A stretch of 35,918 nucleotides of DNA. Source: Nitrospira sp. (lineage in GTDB: Bacteria; Nitrospirota; Nitrospiria; Nitrospirales; Nitrospiraceae). Position numbers and translations under genes: made by a program. Positions 1 through 10,649 of this stretch are shown piece by piece (the first letter of the stretch is position 1; each line of letters starts with the position of its first letter). The notes under the pieces are model-generated. The model had not been told where the DNA came from and did not search any database. It worked only from the letters and a program-made list of their open reading frames with translations. The stretch lies in contig DASTJX010000289.1 of assembly GCA_035716265.1 (NCBI GenBank), positions 1 to 35,918 of the forward strand, written 5' to 3'.

Positions 1-156
1 GAGCACCTTTCCCGCGACTTCTGTTTGTAACTCTTCCAGTTGACGGATGAGCGCACGGCAGCCTCCACAGCCCGGTTTCCAGAATTCGATCAGCACCGGC
101 ACCGCGGACTGGGCGATGACTCGGTCGAACTCGCGATCTGAGACCTCGACGATCAC
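1..156 (-). CDS. Thioredoxin family protein (N-terminal part; runs off the window edge)
   Basis: Manual translation from GTG at 156 gives MIVEVSDREFDRVIAQSAVPVLIEFWKPGCGGCRALIRQLEELQTEVAGKVL, a thioredoxin fold with CGGC. The start overlaps the upstream TGA (GTGA coupling). Confidence 0.85.
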   Translation of the reverse strand, partial: MIVEVSDREFDRVIAQSAVPVLIEFWKPGCGGCRALIRQLEELQTEVAGKVL

Positions 157-785
157 AGGGTCAGTCCCGGGTGAGTGACAAACCGTCTCGCAAATACCTG
201 ATCGTACAGTAACCGGGCCAACAGCCGGTAACCGGCCGTCGTCAGATGCAGCCCATCATTCGAGTACGGAGCCGCCAACTGGCGCGTGCCCTCTTCCGCA
301 GTCGCGGTAAAGAGATCGATCCAGACGAGGCCTTTGGATTTCGCATACTCCGCGATCAACTCATTCAGGACCAGTCGCGGCTCAAGATGCCGGGCGATCC
401 ATGCAGCGGCATCTGGTCCCGCTCCGGCCAATTCGACGCGAACAGACGGGACCGTCACAGGAATGGGCGTGATCTGCGCTGCTCGGGCCTGTTCATACAT
501 CTTGACCAAATTCCGGATAATGTCGGCTGGCTGGGCGTTCCAGCCCAGGTCATTCGTTCCACCCAACAGGATGAGGTGGCTGGGCCGGTGCTGGATCGCG
601 TCGCGGCGAAACCGCATCGCCATCTCGCCGGTCAATTCTCCACATATTCCGCTAATGCGAACCTCGACAGACGGTCCCAGCCACTCCTGGAGAAAACGAC
701 CATAGGGGGTCTGTTGTCCGCCGGGATTTTCGGAAGTGCGAGATTGAAATCCCGCAGTCAAACTATCACCGAAGCATAGGATCAC
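153..785 (-). CDS. SGNH/GDSL hydrolase family protein
   Basis: Motifs FGDSLT, GGTND and DGLH. Probable GTG start at 785; the ORF-track extension to 887 looks spurious. Confidence 0.9.
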   Translation of the reverse strand: MILCFGDSLTAGFQSRTSENPGGQQTPYGRFLQEWLGPSVEVRISGICGELTGEMAMRFRRDAIQHRPSHLILLGGTNDLGWNAQPADIIRNLVKMYEQARAAQITPIPVTVPSVRVELAGAGPDAAAWIARHLEPRLVLNELIAEYAKSKGLVWIDLFTATAEEGTRQLAAPYSNDGLHLTTAGYRLLARLLYDQVFARRFVTHPGLTL

Positions 786-961
786 TGCCCGAATCCTCCG
801 CCTTCTATCTGTCCTTCGTATGCGACAAACCCTGGGTTCTTGCGCGATTGGACTGACATCTCTTGCTCTAGGACAACCACGCGACATCCGAAGAATGGTG
901 AGAATTCCAAAACTTTTGAAATCCTTGACGAAATGCGTGCTTACCGGTACGACTGACAGTA

Positions 962-2713
962 ATGTCCGAACTCAAGAACGCCCAAGACATGATGGCGGCT
1001 GCGATGGCCGCGAAGCCAGCGGTCGACGCTGAGATGGCGTCGGTGGTGCAGCTGCTGAAATCGCTCGATCGGGCATCGAAAAACGTTCGCACCTTCGGCC
1101 ATCAGAATACCGTGGCCAAAAAGTTTTTCGACCAGTTTTACACAGAATTGCACACCCACCTCGAGCAGTACAACGTCCTGGCATTCATCATTCAGCGAGA
1201 AGGCCTCTTTTTCAAGGAAGGGTGCGTATACAACTCCCAGGCCGGCGAATCGAGCGAAAACTTTGCGTTCAAACTGTACAGCGATGGCATCCGAGAGATC
1301 ACCTTTCATCAAGGGATTGAGCAGGAAGACGTGCTCTTCTTCTTTGACGCGCTATGGGATACAGGCGGTACCTCGGGCACGGAGGACGACGATATCGTCA
1401 CCCGCCTGTGGTCACGGAATCTGCCCACGCTCACGATTGTCACGGCCGACGAGGTGATGAAGCTCTCCGAGATCGACGATGTGCTGAACCCCCAGGGAAA
1501 AGTGCCGCCGAAGGGAGCGCTGCGGGAAATTTTGGCCGAAATCAACGCGAAAGGCGGGAGCGAAGCCAAAGGAGATCAGCAACGGAAACCCAGGCTCTCG
1601 ACAAGCGTGATGGGCTATGAGGTTACGGAAGTCGAGATGGCGGCCCTGGCTCGTGAGATCGAAGCTGAATCCAAACGCGACAGCATCCTGTACCTGCTCG
1701 ATATTCTGACGGCTGTGCTCTCATCCGAGCGGTCGCCGGACCTGCTGAATAAACTGTTTGATATTTATGAAGGCATACTGAAATCGCTCTTTCAGGGCGG
1801 ACACTGGACGATTGTCGAGCATGTGCTTGGCTTGTTGACCGAAGCGGAGGAGCTGCGACCCGACCTGAACGAGGCCCATAAGAGCAAACTGCACAGCATG
1901 TTCAATCAGCTGGGCAGCCCGGAATTGATCACGCTCATCAAGCAGTATCTGAACAGTGCTGACAAGCCTCGGACGGAAGGACTTGAGACTGTGCTGCTCA
2001 TGATGAAACCATCGGCCATGCCTGCGCTCTGCAGTCTCTTGGGCGACCTGGAACATCCGGCTCATCAGGGCCTGATTGCCAACGCCCTGGTCGAACTGGC
2101 CAAAGACAGCCCTGAGATTATCGTGAAGCATTTGGTCGATCGACGTGTCACCTTTGTCCGCAATCTCCTCGGTATCATCACACGGTGGAATAATCCCAAG
2201 CTGTCAGAAGCTGTGGAAAAGATCCTACGCCATCCCGATCCGCTGATCAGGCGGGAGGCGATCAGAACGCTGGCCGGCCTGAAACCCAGCGGCAGCGCTG
2301 CCAAACTCGTGCCGTTATTGAACGACCAGGACGAGGGCGTGCGCCTCGCCACACTCAAGCCGCTGCTGACCGGCCACTATACGGCCACCTTCAGCGTCTG
2401 GGAACCGATCGTCAACGCCGAACATCTCAACGAGCGCGAAGCCGCCGAGAAGCGAAATATCTTTCAGGCCATGCGTGTCACCGCCGGCGACGACGCCGTT
2501 CCTTACTGGGCCACCTTGTTGACCGACTGGGGATGGACCAATCGGAAAAAGCGTGAAGACCTCGCGTTACTGGCGGTCGATGCCCTCGGGAAATTGGGAA
2601 CAGCCGCCGCAAAGGCCGCCCTTGATACGGGTTCAAAAAAAGGGACTGCAGCAGTCAAGCAAGCCTGTGTCGCCGCCCTCACCGGCGCCAACAAACAGTT
2701 ACGAACGGCCTGA
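962..2713 (+). CDS. HEAT-repeat protein with uncharacterised N-terminal domain
   Basis: 583-aa ORF with C-terminal HEAT-like repeats (LRHPDPLIRREAIRTLA, LLNDQDEGVRLATL, LAVDALGKLG). Confidence 0.85.
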   Translation: MSELKNAQDMMAAAMAAKPAVDAEMASVVQLLKSLDRASKNVRTFGHQNTVAKKFFDQFYTELHTHLEQYNVLAFIIQREGLFFKEGCVYNSQAGESSENFAFKLYSDGIREITFHQGIEQEDVLFFFDALWDTGGTSGTEDDDIVTRLWSRNLPTLTIVTADEVMKLSEIDDVLNPQGKVPPKGALREILAEINAKGGSEAKGDQQRKPRLSTSVMGYEVTEVEMAALAREIEAESKRDSILYLLDILTAVLSSERSPDLLNKLFDIYEGILKSLFQGGHWTIVEHVLGLLTEAEELRPDLNEAHKSKLHSMFNQLGSPELITLIKQYLNSADKPRTEGLETVLLMMKPSAMPALCSLLGDLEHPAHQGLIANALVELAKDSPEIIVKHLVDRRVTFVRNLLGIITRWNNPKLSEAVEKILRHPDPLIRREAIRTLAGLKPSGSAAKLVPLLNDQDEGVRLATLKPLLTGHYTATFSVWEPIVNAEHLNEREAAEKRNIFQAMRVTAGDDAVPYWATLLTDWGWTNRKKREDLALLAVDALGKLGTAAAKAALDTGSKKGTAAVKQACVAALTGANKQLRTA

Positions 2714-2742
2714 AGCCATGACAGATACCAGGAGATCCTTCC

Positions 2743-4251
2743 ATGGCTGAACCTTTGCGTGCATCGGACGGTGCAGCACCGAATGCCCCGGCGATTCAAC
2801 CGATCCTCACTCATGAAAAGTCGCTGACCAAGAAGGTCGCCAAAGGGTCGGAAGCCGGCGACATTTACGATCAGCAGATTTTGATGCTGGCGACGCAGCT
2901 GGTGACCCAGGTCAGTATCCTGATCAAGATGTCGCGCCTGCACGGCCGCACGAACTCAGCGCTGGAGACGCCGGTGGAGAGCGCCCTTACCGTCATCAAG
3001 ACGCTCGCACAGGATGAACCGATCTCGGTTCGGCTGCAGAATGACTTCCTCTTTCTCGGACAACGGCACCTGAAAGTGACGGCTGCCCAGATGCCCGTGT
3101 TTTCGACGGTCATCGATACCTTCAACCAGTGGAGCATCGGAGGCGTGTCATTCTCCAAGGACGTGGAGTCCCGGGATTTCCGCGAGTTCATTTTTCAGCT
3201 TCTGGCGTTCGATGCAGCGAACAGTTCAATCGCCACGCTTCGGACCGCTCTGGAGCAGAAGGCGGTCAAAGGCATCGAGATCGAGGAACGGCGCGTGTTG
3301 CGCGGGAAGGCCACGGCCAAGACCCGCTATGCCAATGCGGCCTCGGCGGTTGGAACGCTGGTACAGGATTCGCGTGAGAAGGGAACGATCGGCTTCAAGC
3401 AAGCCAAGCGTGCCATCCAAAGCATCGTCGATCTCATGATGAGCGACGAAGCCTCCCTATTGGGGCTCACGACGCTTCGTTGCCACGATCAATACACGCA
3501 TAACCATTCGGTCAATGTCTCATTACTCTCAATGGCTCTCGGCAACCGGGCCGGCTATCCGAAGGTCGAGCTCGCCGATCTGGGCCTGGCCGCCCTCTTT
3601 CACGACCTCGGCAAGGCGACAATCCCCATGGAAGTGTTGAATAAGCCCGGGGAGTTTTCCGAAGAAGAATGGGCGATGATGCGAAATCACCCCACCGAGG
3701 GCGCGCTGAGCCTGGCCAAAATGCGTGGGATCACGAATCTTCCTGGGCGGATGGCTTCGGCGTCATTCGAGCATCATATGAACATGGACTTCTCTGGTTA
3801 TCCCAAACTGAACCTTTCTTGGAAGATTTCCATGACTGGTCGCATCCTCATGATTGCAGACTGTTATGACGCAATGACTTCCTCTCGCGTGTACCGGCGG
3901 GAGCCGATGTCGCCCTCCAAGGTCCTCGGCTTTATGTTCGCCAAAGCCGGCACGTCCTTCGATCCGACCTTGATGAAGCTCTTCATGACGTGCGTCGGCA
4001 TTGTCCCCATCGGCAGCCTGGTCCTCCTGGATAGCAACGAACTGGCCGTCGTCCTGAAGCCGGCTGTCGATCCGGCCGATGCGGAATATCCGTTCGTGAA
4101 AGTCATTACGGATGCGGAAGGCGAGTCCATCGACAACGGCCGCGAAATCGATCTCCGTGAGAAAAACGAGAACGGCGACTATCGCAACTACATCGTCCGC
4201 CTGATCGACAACTCCGAGCACAAATTCGATACGAGCCGTTATTTTGTCTGA
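2743..4251 (+). CDS. HD-GYP domain protein (putative cyclic dinucleotide phosphodiesterase)
   Basis: Motifs HDQYTHNHS, HDLGK, HHMNMDFSGYP and IADCYDAMTSSRVYR. AGGAG RBS upstream. Confidence 0.9.
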   Translation: MAEPLRASDGAAPNAPAIQPILTHEKSLTKKVAKGSEAGDIYDQQILMLATQLVTQVSILIKMSRLHGRTNSALETPVESALTVIKTLAQDEPISVRLQNDFLFLGQRHLKVTAAQMPVFSTVIDTFNQWSIGGVSFSKDVESRDFREFIFQLLAFDAANSSIATLRTALEQKAVKGIEIEERRVLRGKATAKTRYANAASAVGTLVQDSREKGTIGFKQAKRAIQSIVDLMMSDEASLLGLTTLRCHDQYTHNHSVNVSLLSMALGNRAGYPKVELADLGLAALFHDLGKATIPMEVLNKPGEFSEEEWAMMRNHPTEGALSLAKMRGITNLPGRMASASFEHHMNMDFSGYPKLNLSWKISMTGRILMIADCYDAMTSSRVYRREPMSPSKVLGFMFAKAGTSFDPTLMKLFMTCVGIVPIGSLVLLDSNELAVVLKPAVDPADAEYPFVKVITDAEGESIDNGREIDLREKNENGDYRNYIVRLIDNSEHKFDTSRYFV

Positions 4252-4316
4252 CGACCCGGCTTGCCACTCGTGGCGGCCTCCCGCTGCTGCGAGCGACATC
4301 CGGCGCTCAGGGCTCC

Positions 4317-4345
4317 TTGACACTGCTATCCACCGCCGCTATTCT
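4317..4345 (+). promoter_or_regulatory. Sigma70-type promoter upstream of skp
   Basis: TTGACA-17 nt-TATTCT. Confidence 0.7.
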
Positions 4346-4393
4346 TTCCTATTCTAACGAGTTTAGCTACTCATCCACTAAGGAGCCGATGCT

Positions 4394-4954
4394 ATGCGTA
4401 TTGCGAAGACCCTTGGGGGTCAGACGGTTCTTGTCCTCGCGGCCGTCGTGTTGTCGGTGCTCGGTCTGACGTGCTGGGCCGGCGCGGCGGAATTTAAGAT
4501 GGGGGTCATTGATCCCCAGGCCGTGCTGGAAAGATCGAAGGCGGGAAAGAAGGCGCTGGATGGTCTCAAAGAGTATGTCTCGACGCGACAAAAGCTCTTG
4601 TCCAGGGATGAGGAAGAGCTGCGCAACACCGAAAAGACGCTCAAGGAAACCGGCACCAAGCTCAGCGAGGGGGAGAAAAAAGAGAAGGAGGCGCAGTTCC
4701 GCACCAAAATACAAGATTATCAGAAACGAGCACAGGAGTTTAATCAGGAACTGCAGGGCAAACAAAAAGAGCTTGTGGACGATTACATGAAGCGGATTGC
4801 CACGGCCACGCAAACAGTCGCCGAAAAGGGTGGTTTTTCGATCGTCGTCGACAAGGGCAGCGAGCAGACCATCAGGATTGTGATCTACAGCAAGGATGCC
4901 ATCGATCTGACCGATCAGGTCATCAAGGAATTCGACCGGGTGAACAACAAGTAG
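4394..4954 (+). CDS. skp: OmpH/Skp periplasmic outer-membrane-protein chaperone
   Basis: Signal peptide, KMGVIDPQAVL N-terminal motif, long coiled coil and C-terminal IDLTDQVIK motif. AAGGAG RBS. Confidence 0.9.
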   Translation: MRIAKTLGGQTVLVLAAVVLSVLGLTCWAGAAEFKMGVIDPQAVLERSKAGKKALDGLKEYVSTRQKLLSRDEEELRNTEKTLKETGTKLSEGEKKEKEAQFRTKIQDYQKRAQEFNQELQGKQKELVDDYMKRIATATQTVAEKGGFSIVVDKGSEQTIRIVIYSKDAIDLTDQVIKEFDRVNNK

Positions 4955-4964
4955 AGACGGCCAG

Positions 4965-4998
4965 CCTGACGGGCTTCTCAGGAAGAAGTTCCGTCAGG
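4965..4998. terminator. Hairpin between convergent skp and rhodanese genes (probable bidirectional terminator)
   Basis: CCTGACGGGCTTCT-cagga-AGAAGTTCCGTCAGG inverted repeat, without a strong U-tract. Confidence 0.5.
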
Positions 4999-5362
4999 AT
5001 TCCATCGGATATCCCGCTTCCTTCCACGCCCTGATTCCGCCATCCATCGACGTGACATTTGTGTAGCCCATCTGCTGCAAGGCATCCGCAGCGAGCGCGG
5101 ATCGATACCCTCCCCCGCAATACACAACAATCGAAGCTCGCTTGTCGGCGACCAGCGTCTCGATATCCCGCTCGATGATGCCTTTTCCCAGATGCCGTGC
5201 TCCCTTGGCGTGGTCTTTCCCAAATTCATGATCTTCCCGGACATCAATAAAATGCCTGACTTCCCCTCGGTCGAGGCGCGCCTTGACCTCTGCGGCCGTG
5301 CATTCCTTCACCCGTGCGCGCGCGGCCTCTACCAATTTTAAAAATCCCGGGCTATGTTTCAT
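4994..5362 (-). CDS. Single-domain rhodanese-like sulfurtransferase
   Basis: MKHSPGFLK start with GAAGG RBS. Motifs IDVREDHEF, YCGGGYRS (active-site loop) and MDGGIRAW. Confidence 0.9.
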   Translation of the reverse strand: MKHSPGFLKLVEAARARVKECTAAEVKARLDRGEVRHFIDVREDHEFGKDHAKGARHLGKGIIERDIETLVADKRASIVVYCGGGYRSALAADALQQMGYTNVTSMDGGIRAWKEAGYPMES

Positions 5363-5378
5363 TGTCTTTCCTTCGGCA

Positions 5379-6392
5379 TCAAAACAGACGTACTTGCTCG
5401 CGTCCCGGCCGACGAAATGTCGCCGGCACGTCCTCGTCATCGGATTCCTCGAAGCCGGCCTTCCGCTTGGCCACTTCAAACAGACGTTCGATCGCATCCC
5501 AGTACGGTCCTTGCCCATGCTGGCGTGAAAAGAACGCGCTGTCCGACATGGCGCCTCCGCGAACCTCACGGATGCGATGGGTGATTTTACCGATCCGATC
5601 AGGAAAGGCCTCTGCCATGCGCTCGAGAAAGACAGATTCCACCGATGCCGACAGCCGTACCAGGGTATGCATCGCTCGCCGGGCACCGGCTTGCCAGGCG
5701 CGGTGCAGGAGATCCGGGATGTCTTCGTCGTTCAGGCCGGGGATGATCGGAGCAAGAGAAACGCCGGTCGGAATTCCGGCATCGGACAAACGAGCCATCG
5801 CATCAAACCGCTTCCGGCTGGTTGGAGCCTGCGGTTCAACTCGCCTGGCCACGTCATCATCGGCAAAGGGAATGCTGCAATATACCCGCACCCATGCTTC
5901 CTCCTGCAACCGTTTGAGGATGTCCAGATCGCGGAGCACCAACACTCCCTTCGTGATGATGGCCACGGGGTTCCGATACTCTGCACAGACCTCCAGGCAC
6001 GAACGGGTCAATGCGAGCGACGCTTCGATCGGCTGGTAGCAATCGGTATTGCCGGACAATACGATCAACTCCCCTTTCCAGGATGGTTTTTCGAATGCTC
6101 GGCGCAACAATTCCGGCGCATGACGCTTGACGACGATCTTCGACTCGAAATCAGTGCCCGCACCGAAACCCCAATATTCATGCGTCGGCCTCGCGTAACA
6201 ATATGCGCAAGCATGAAAACACCCGCGGTATGGATTGACACTCCAGCGAAAGGACAGATCCGGGCTGTCATTGCGGCTCAAAATTTCTCTCGTCGCGTCA
6301 TCGTAGAGCTCGAGCCGCGCCGATGAAGCCGGTTCGAGCAGGTCTCGATGTGTGGACTCATAGGGGTTAGGGGGATTGGACATCGCGCGCAT
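5379..6392 (-). CDS. Radical SAM protein, PA0069/Rv2578c (spore-photoproduct-lyase-like) family
   Basis: NPYRGCFHACAYCYARPTHEY (CxxxCxxC), GNTDCYQP and TKG. ATG at 6392 with GAGG RBS. Confidence 0.9.
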   Translation of the reverse strand: MRAMSNPPNPYESTHRDLLEPASSARLELYDDATREILSRNDSPDLSFRWSVNPYRGCFHACAYCYARPTHEYWGFGAGTDFESKIVVKRHAPELLRRAFEKPSWKGELIVLSGNTDCYQPIEASLALTRSCLEVCAEYRNPVAIITKGVLVLRDLDILKRLQEEAWVRVYCSIPFADDDVARRVEPQAPTSRKRFDAMARLSDAGIPTGVSLAPIIPGLNDEDIPDLLHRAWQAGARRAMHTLVRLSASVESVFLERMAEAFPDRIGKITHRIREVRGGAMSDSAFFSRQHGQGPYWDAIERLFEVAKRKAGFEESDDEDVPATFRRPGREQVRLF

Positions 6393-6450
6393 GTCCTCAT
6401 CGTCTCTCTTCGGCGTGCCGCTGTCAACGGTGCTCGCCACGCGCCGTTCG

Positions 6451-7799
<1,349 letters not shown>

Positions 7800-7829
7800 A
7801 GCGTACTCTCGATTCTAGAGCTAGATTAT

Positions 7830-7919
7830 GGAGGGGTGACGGAGCGGCCGAACGTGCCGGTCTTGAAAACCGGAGACCTCGCAAGGGGTCCGCGAGTTCA
7901 AATCTCGCCCCCTCCGCCA
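7830..7919 (+). tRNA. tRNA-Ser (anticodon TGA)
   Basis: GGAGGGG/CCCCTCC acceptor stem, anticodon arm CCGGT-ctTGAaa-ACCGG, long variable arm, GTTCAAATC T-loop and encoded CCA. Confidence 0.95.
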
Positions 7920-8025
7920 TGTTTCTCAGTAATTGGTGATTCTCAGGCTGAATTGTGGACTAAGACCAGGTCGTGCACGGCCTCTTGTCGCAGGAGCGCT
8001 TTGAATGTCCTTCCACGCTGCCCGG

Positions 8026-8232
8026 TCATAACCTTAGTCGCCGAAGGATCGGATTGATCCGCCCCGGCAGCTCATTATATTGCGGCTTCATCTCTCGCAT
8101 TCCCTGCCGCTTGGCCCACTCGCGGTCACAGTCTGCTTCTAACTGTTTGTATAGCCGGAGCGCATAGATCAGACCGGATACGAACCCAATCACTAACGCG
8201 ACCAGCACGGACACAAGATGCCATTCGCTCAT
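8026..8232 (-). CDS. Small single-pass membrane protein (68 aa)
   Basis: GGAGAGG RBS and an N-terminal hydrophobic helix (LVSVLVALVIGFVSGLIYAL). Confidence 0.55.
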   Translation of the reverse strand: MSEWHLVSVLVALVIGFVSGLIYALRLYKQLEADCDREWAKRQGMREMKPQYNELPGRINPILRRLRL

Positions 8233-8384
8233 GTAGGCGCCTCTCCTTGCCCCATGCTCTGAAGTGTCTCGCGGTCTGCTTGTTCTCTACGTCTGACTTT
8301 CGCAAGGGCGGACCCACCGGCCTGGCGAAGCGGCTCGCTGCTGAGACGAAGACATGGTCTGACCTTCTTTCACCTCTCCGCCAA

Positions 8385-8753
8385 CTACATCGGGTTATCG
8401 TTCGACTGTCCAGCCGGTGTCATCTCTGATATTTCGCTAGAACAACTGCTGTGCGCGCCATTAAAGGCACTAACAGCAAAGTAGTACTGTGCATTAAACT
8501 CAAGACCTCCGATTGCGGTAGAAGGTTCTGCCACATCGACTGACTTCTCGTAATTGCAAGATCCGAGGCCTCCGCTTGATTGTTTTCCGTAGTGCACGGT
8601 GTATGAAATCACCGTGGGATCGTTCACAGGGTCCCAGACTACTGAGGCCACGGCACCGGAACCGCTTCCTTCTCCTCCCTCGCCACAGCCAGCCAATGAG
8701 ATGAGGTAAAATCCAAACGCAACAGAAAAGACAAACCTGTACATAACGATCAT
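8385..8753 (-). CDS. Lipoprotein with single fibronectin type III domain
   Basis: Lipobox LAGC, Gly/Ser linker and Fn3 signatures (WDP, YTVHYG, GLEFNAQYYFAVSAFN). Confidence 0.8.
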   Translation of the reverse strand: MIVMYRFVFSVAFGFYLISLAGCGEGGEGSGSGAVASVVWDPVNDPTVISYTVHYGKQSSGGLGSCNYEKSVDVAEPSTAIGGLEFNAQYYFAVSAFNGAHSSCSSEISEMTPAGQSNDNPM

Positions 8754-8857
8754 GGGTTTTCCCCCAAGTGTTTTTGTTATGAGACCGAAGCTTGAAACGG
8801 CAGTGGCGTATGCAGTACCACAGCCCTTGTTCGGCCAAGATTTTGGCCTTGCCTAAG

Positions 8858-8872
8858 GCAACTGATGTGCCA
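8858..8872 (-). promoter_or_regulatory. Sigma54 (-24/-12) promoter upstream of the Fn3 lipoprotein gene
   Basis: The minus strand reads TGGCAC-ATCAG-TTGC, matching TGGCAC-N5-TTGC, about 105 nt upstream of the start codon. Confidence 0.7.
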
Positions 8873-9504
8873 GGTTGGTCCCTGAAATATCGTGCTCTGT
8901 CATGCGGGAAGCACAGAGCTAGGAGAACCCAGCTGTAGGTGTGGAGGGTTGTTCATACAGAAGGAAGGGTAATGCCTGCGGGGTATGAACGACCCGCGCT
9001 CCCCTGTCGGAAAAACGTCAGACGTGCACGATACGTCTATCAAGTGGGCCGTGGCGCCATAGAGGGAGTGAACCGCTTCATCCGACGGCCTGTGCCCTGA
9101 TGCCAAGGTCAACACAGATGGGCGAGGCAGTACCCGATAATGGGTTAACTCCTGAGTGCCACTAGCATGAATTTCGGTGGACTAAGCGCAAGGACCACTA
9201 GCGGGAGAAAATCTTGACTCAAACGGCGTATTCACTTTTGATAGGAACGGGTGGAAATGACATCTCCCTCGCATCGCGAGCGAGATAAAAGCTTACCAAA
9301 CGAATGAAGGCGCCTTCTTGGAGCGGACTCGAATAAAACGGTCGTCACCTTCTTTTGACATTAGTATTCGCTGCTGTGGATGAGTAAGTCCATGAAGTGG
9401 AGCGTTTGAGCCTGCGTTGTTTTCGCCGCCGAGGTGAACAGCACACCACTATCGGGCACCATTTTTGTGCTGGAAACTGAGCTGGGCCCTCTTTCGATCG
9501 GCAT

Positions 9505-9735
9505 TCATGCGGTTTTTGACCGCACTTGGCCGCTGCCGATCGGGGAAAGATGAGGTCTCTGTTTTTGCTTCCAGCGGAAATAAGCCATCTCGAGCACGTG
9601 AAAGTGGTTATCCATGAAGGCGAATTCCGCCTCACCGATTTCGCGGTCTTGCTGAAGGATGTTTCGCATGACTACTGCGCATTCCGCGAAGCGTTTTAGT
9701 GAATGAGTCTCATCGGAGCCGCTCTTGCTTGCCAT
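9505..9735 (-). CDS. Hypothetical protein (76 aa, helical)
   Basis: Strong RBS (GGAGGAGGT) just before the ATG and a plausible amphipathic sequence. Confidence 0.65.
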   Translation of the reverse strand: MASKSGSDETHSLKRFAECAVVMRNILQQDREIGEAEFAFMDNHFHVLEMAYFRWKQKQRPHLSPIGSGQVRSKTA

Positions 9736-10098
9736 AGGTCACCTCCTCCAGTTCATCCCCTCCTTCAACGTAATTGTTAGGCATTGTCTTGACACCTAGG
9801 ACAAGCTCTCGTGCAATCAAAATCAGAACGAGACTGTCACAGTCGCCTACAGCCTTGTAGGGTATTGCTGATGCGGGGCCCTTTCTTGATCGGCTCGCGT
9901 CGTCAACCTGAAATATGATTACTCATCGCGGCCCGCATCCTGCCAAGGCTCACCTCAACGATCATGACACGCCGCAAGCCGTACGGGGAGGTTACCAGTG
10001 GTGACTGCGATTGAATTCATTATGATGTTTTATGCTGATCGATTGAGTCTCCGATAGGTGCTGTAAAGGGATTTTGAATCAAGAGGCCTTCTAACCCC

Positions 10099-10506
10099 GT
10101 GCAAGAGAAGTCCACGCGCCCGGCAATTCGCGTACTACTGGTTGATGATCACGCAAAGGTCCGTGCTGCCCTTCGAGACTTACTCGAAAGCTATCCGAAT
10201 CTGACACTTGTGGGTGAGGCCTGTAATGGAGAGGAGGCCGTGCGGCTAGTCCATGAATTATCCCCTTCGGTCGTCATCATGGACATCAATATGCCAAAGT
10301 TGAATGGGATTGCTGCGACGATCAAGATTAAGAGTTCTTACCCTCACGTAGTCATCGTTGGTCTGTCAATAAGTGCAACCGATGCCCACCGGCGTGCGAT
10401 GACTGCAGCGGGAGCGACTACCCTAATTCCAAAGTATATGGCGGTGGAGCAACTCCACGTGGAAATTCAAGCAGCAATAAATGGGCGCTCAACCGCAAGT
10501 CATTAG
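10099..10506 (+). CDS. Stand-alone response regulator receiver (NarL-like REC, no output domain)
   Basis: LLVDDH, MDINMP (phosphoacceptor Asp), GLS and the conserved Lys in IPK. Confidence 0.9.
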   Translation: MQEKSTRPAIRVLLVDDHAKVRAALRDLLESYPNLTLVGEACNGEEAVRLVHELSPSVVIMDINMPKLNGIAATIKIKSSYPHVVIVGLSISATDAHRRAMTAAGATTLIPKYMAVEQLHVEIQAAINGRSTASH

Positions 10507-10649
10507 CCTCTGCGTTTCTGACTAACCCATCCGAATTTACTCCTTAGACCGCCAATTTGGGGCCGCGTTGGCATCAACTCGGGAGATTCCTAGGAGCGTA
10601 TTTTCGAGGTCCTGGAGTACGCTACAACTCAAGTTTACGGAGTAACTCC

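Noticed and set aside
5363-5686. N-terminal extension of rhodanese suggesting a 230-aa fusion
   Set aside because: It overlaps the radical SAM gene in another frame, and a good RBS precedes the ATG at 5362.
7830-7919. Possible selenocysteine or suppressor tRNA because of TGA in the anticodon loop
   Set aside because: Anticodon TGA reads UCA (Ser). tRNA-Sec has anticodon TCA and a longer acceptor stem.
8266-8364. Weak hairpins plus TGGTCTGACC and GCGAAGC, echoing the 31680 element
   Set aside because: The matches are 10 nt or less with no closing inverted repeat, which is compatible with chance.
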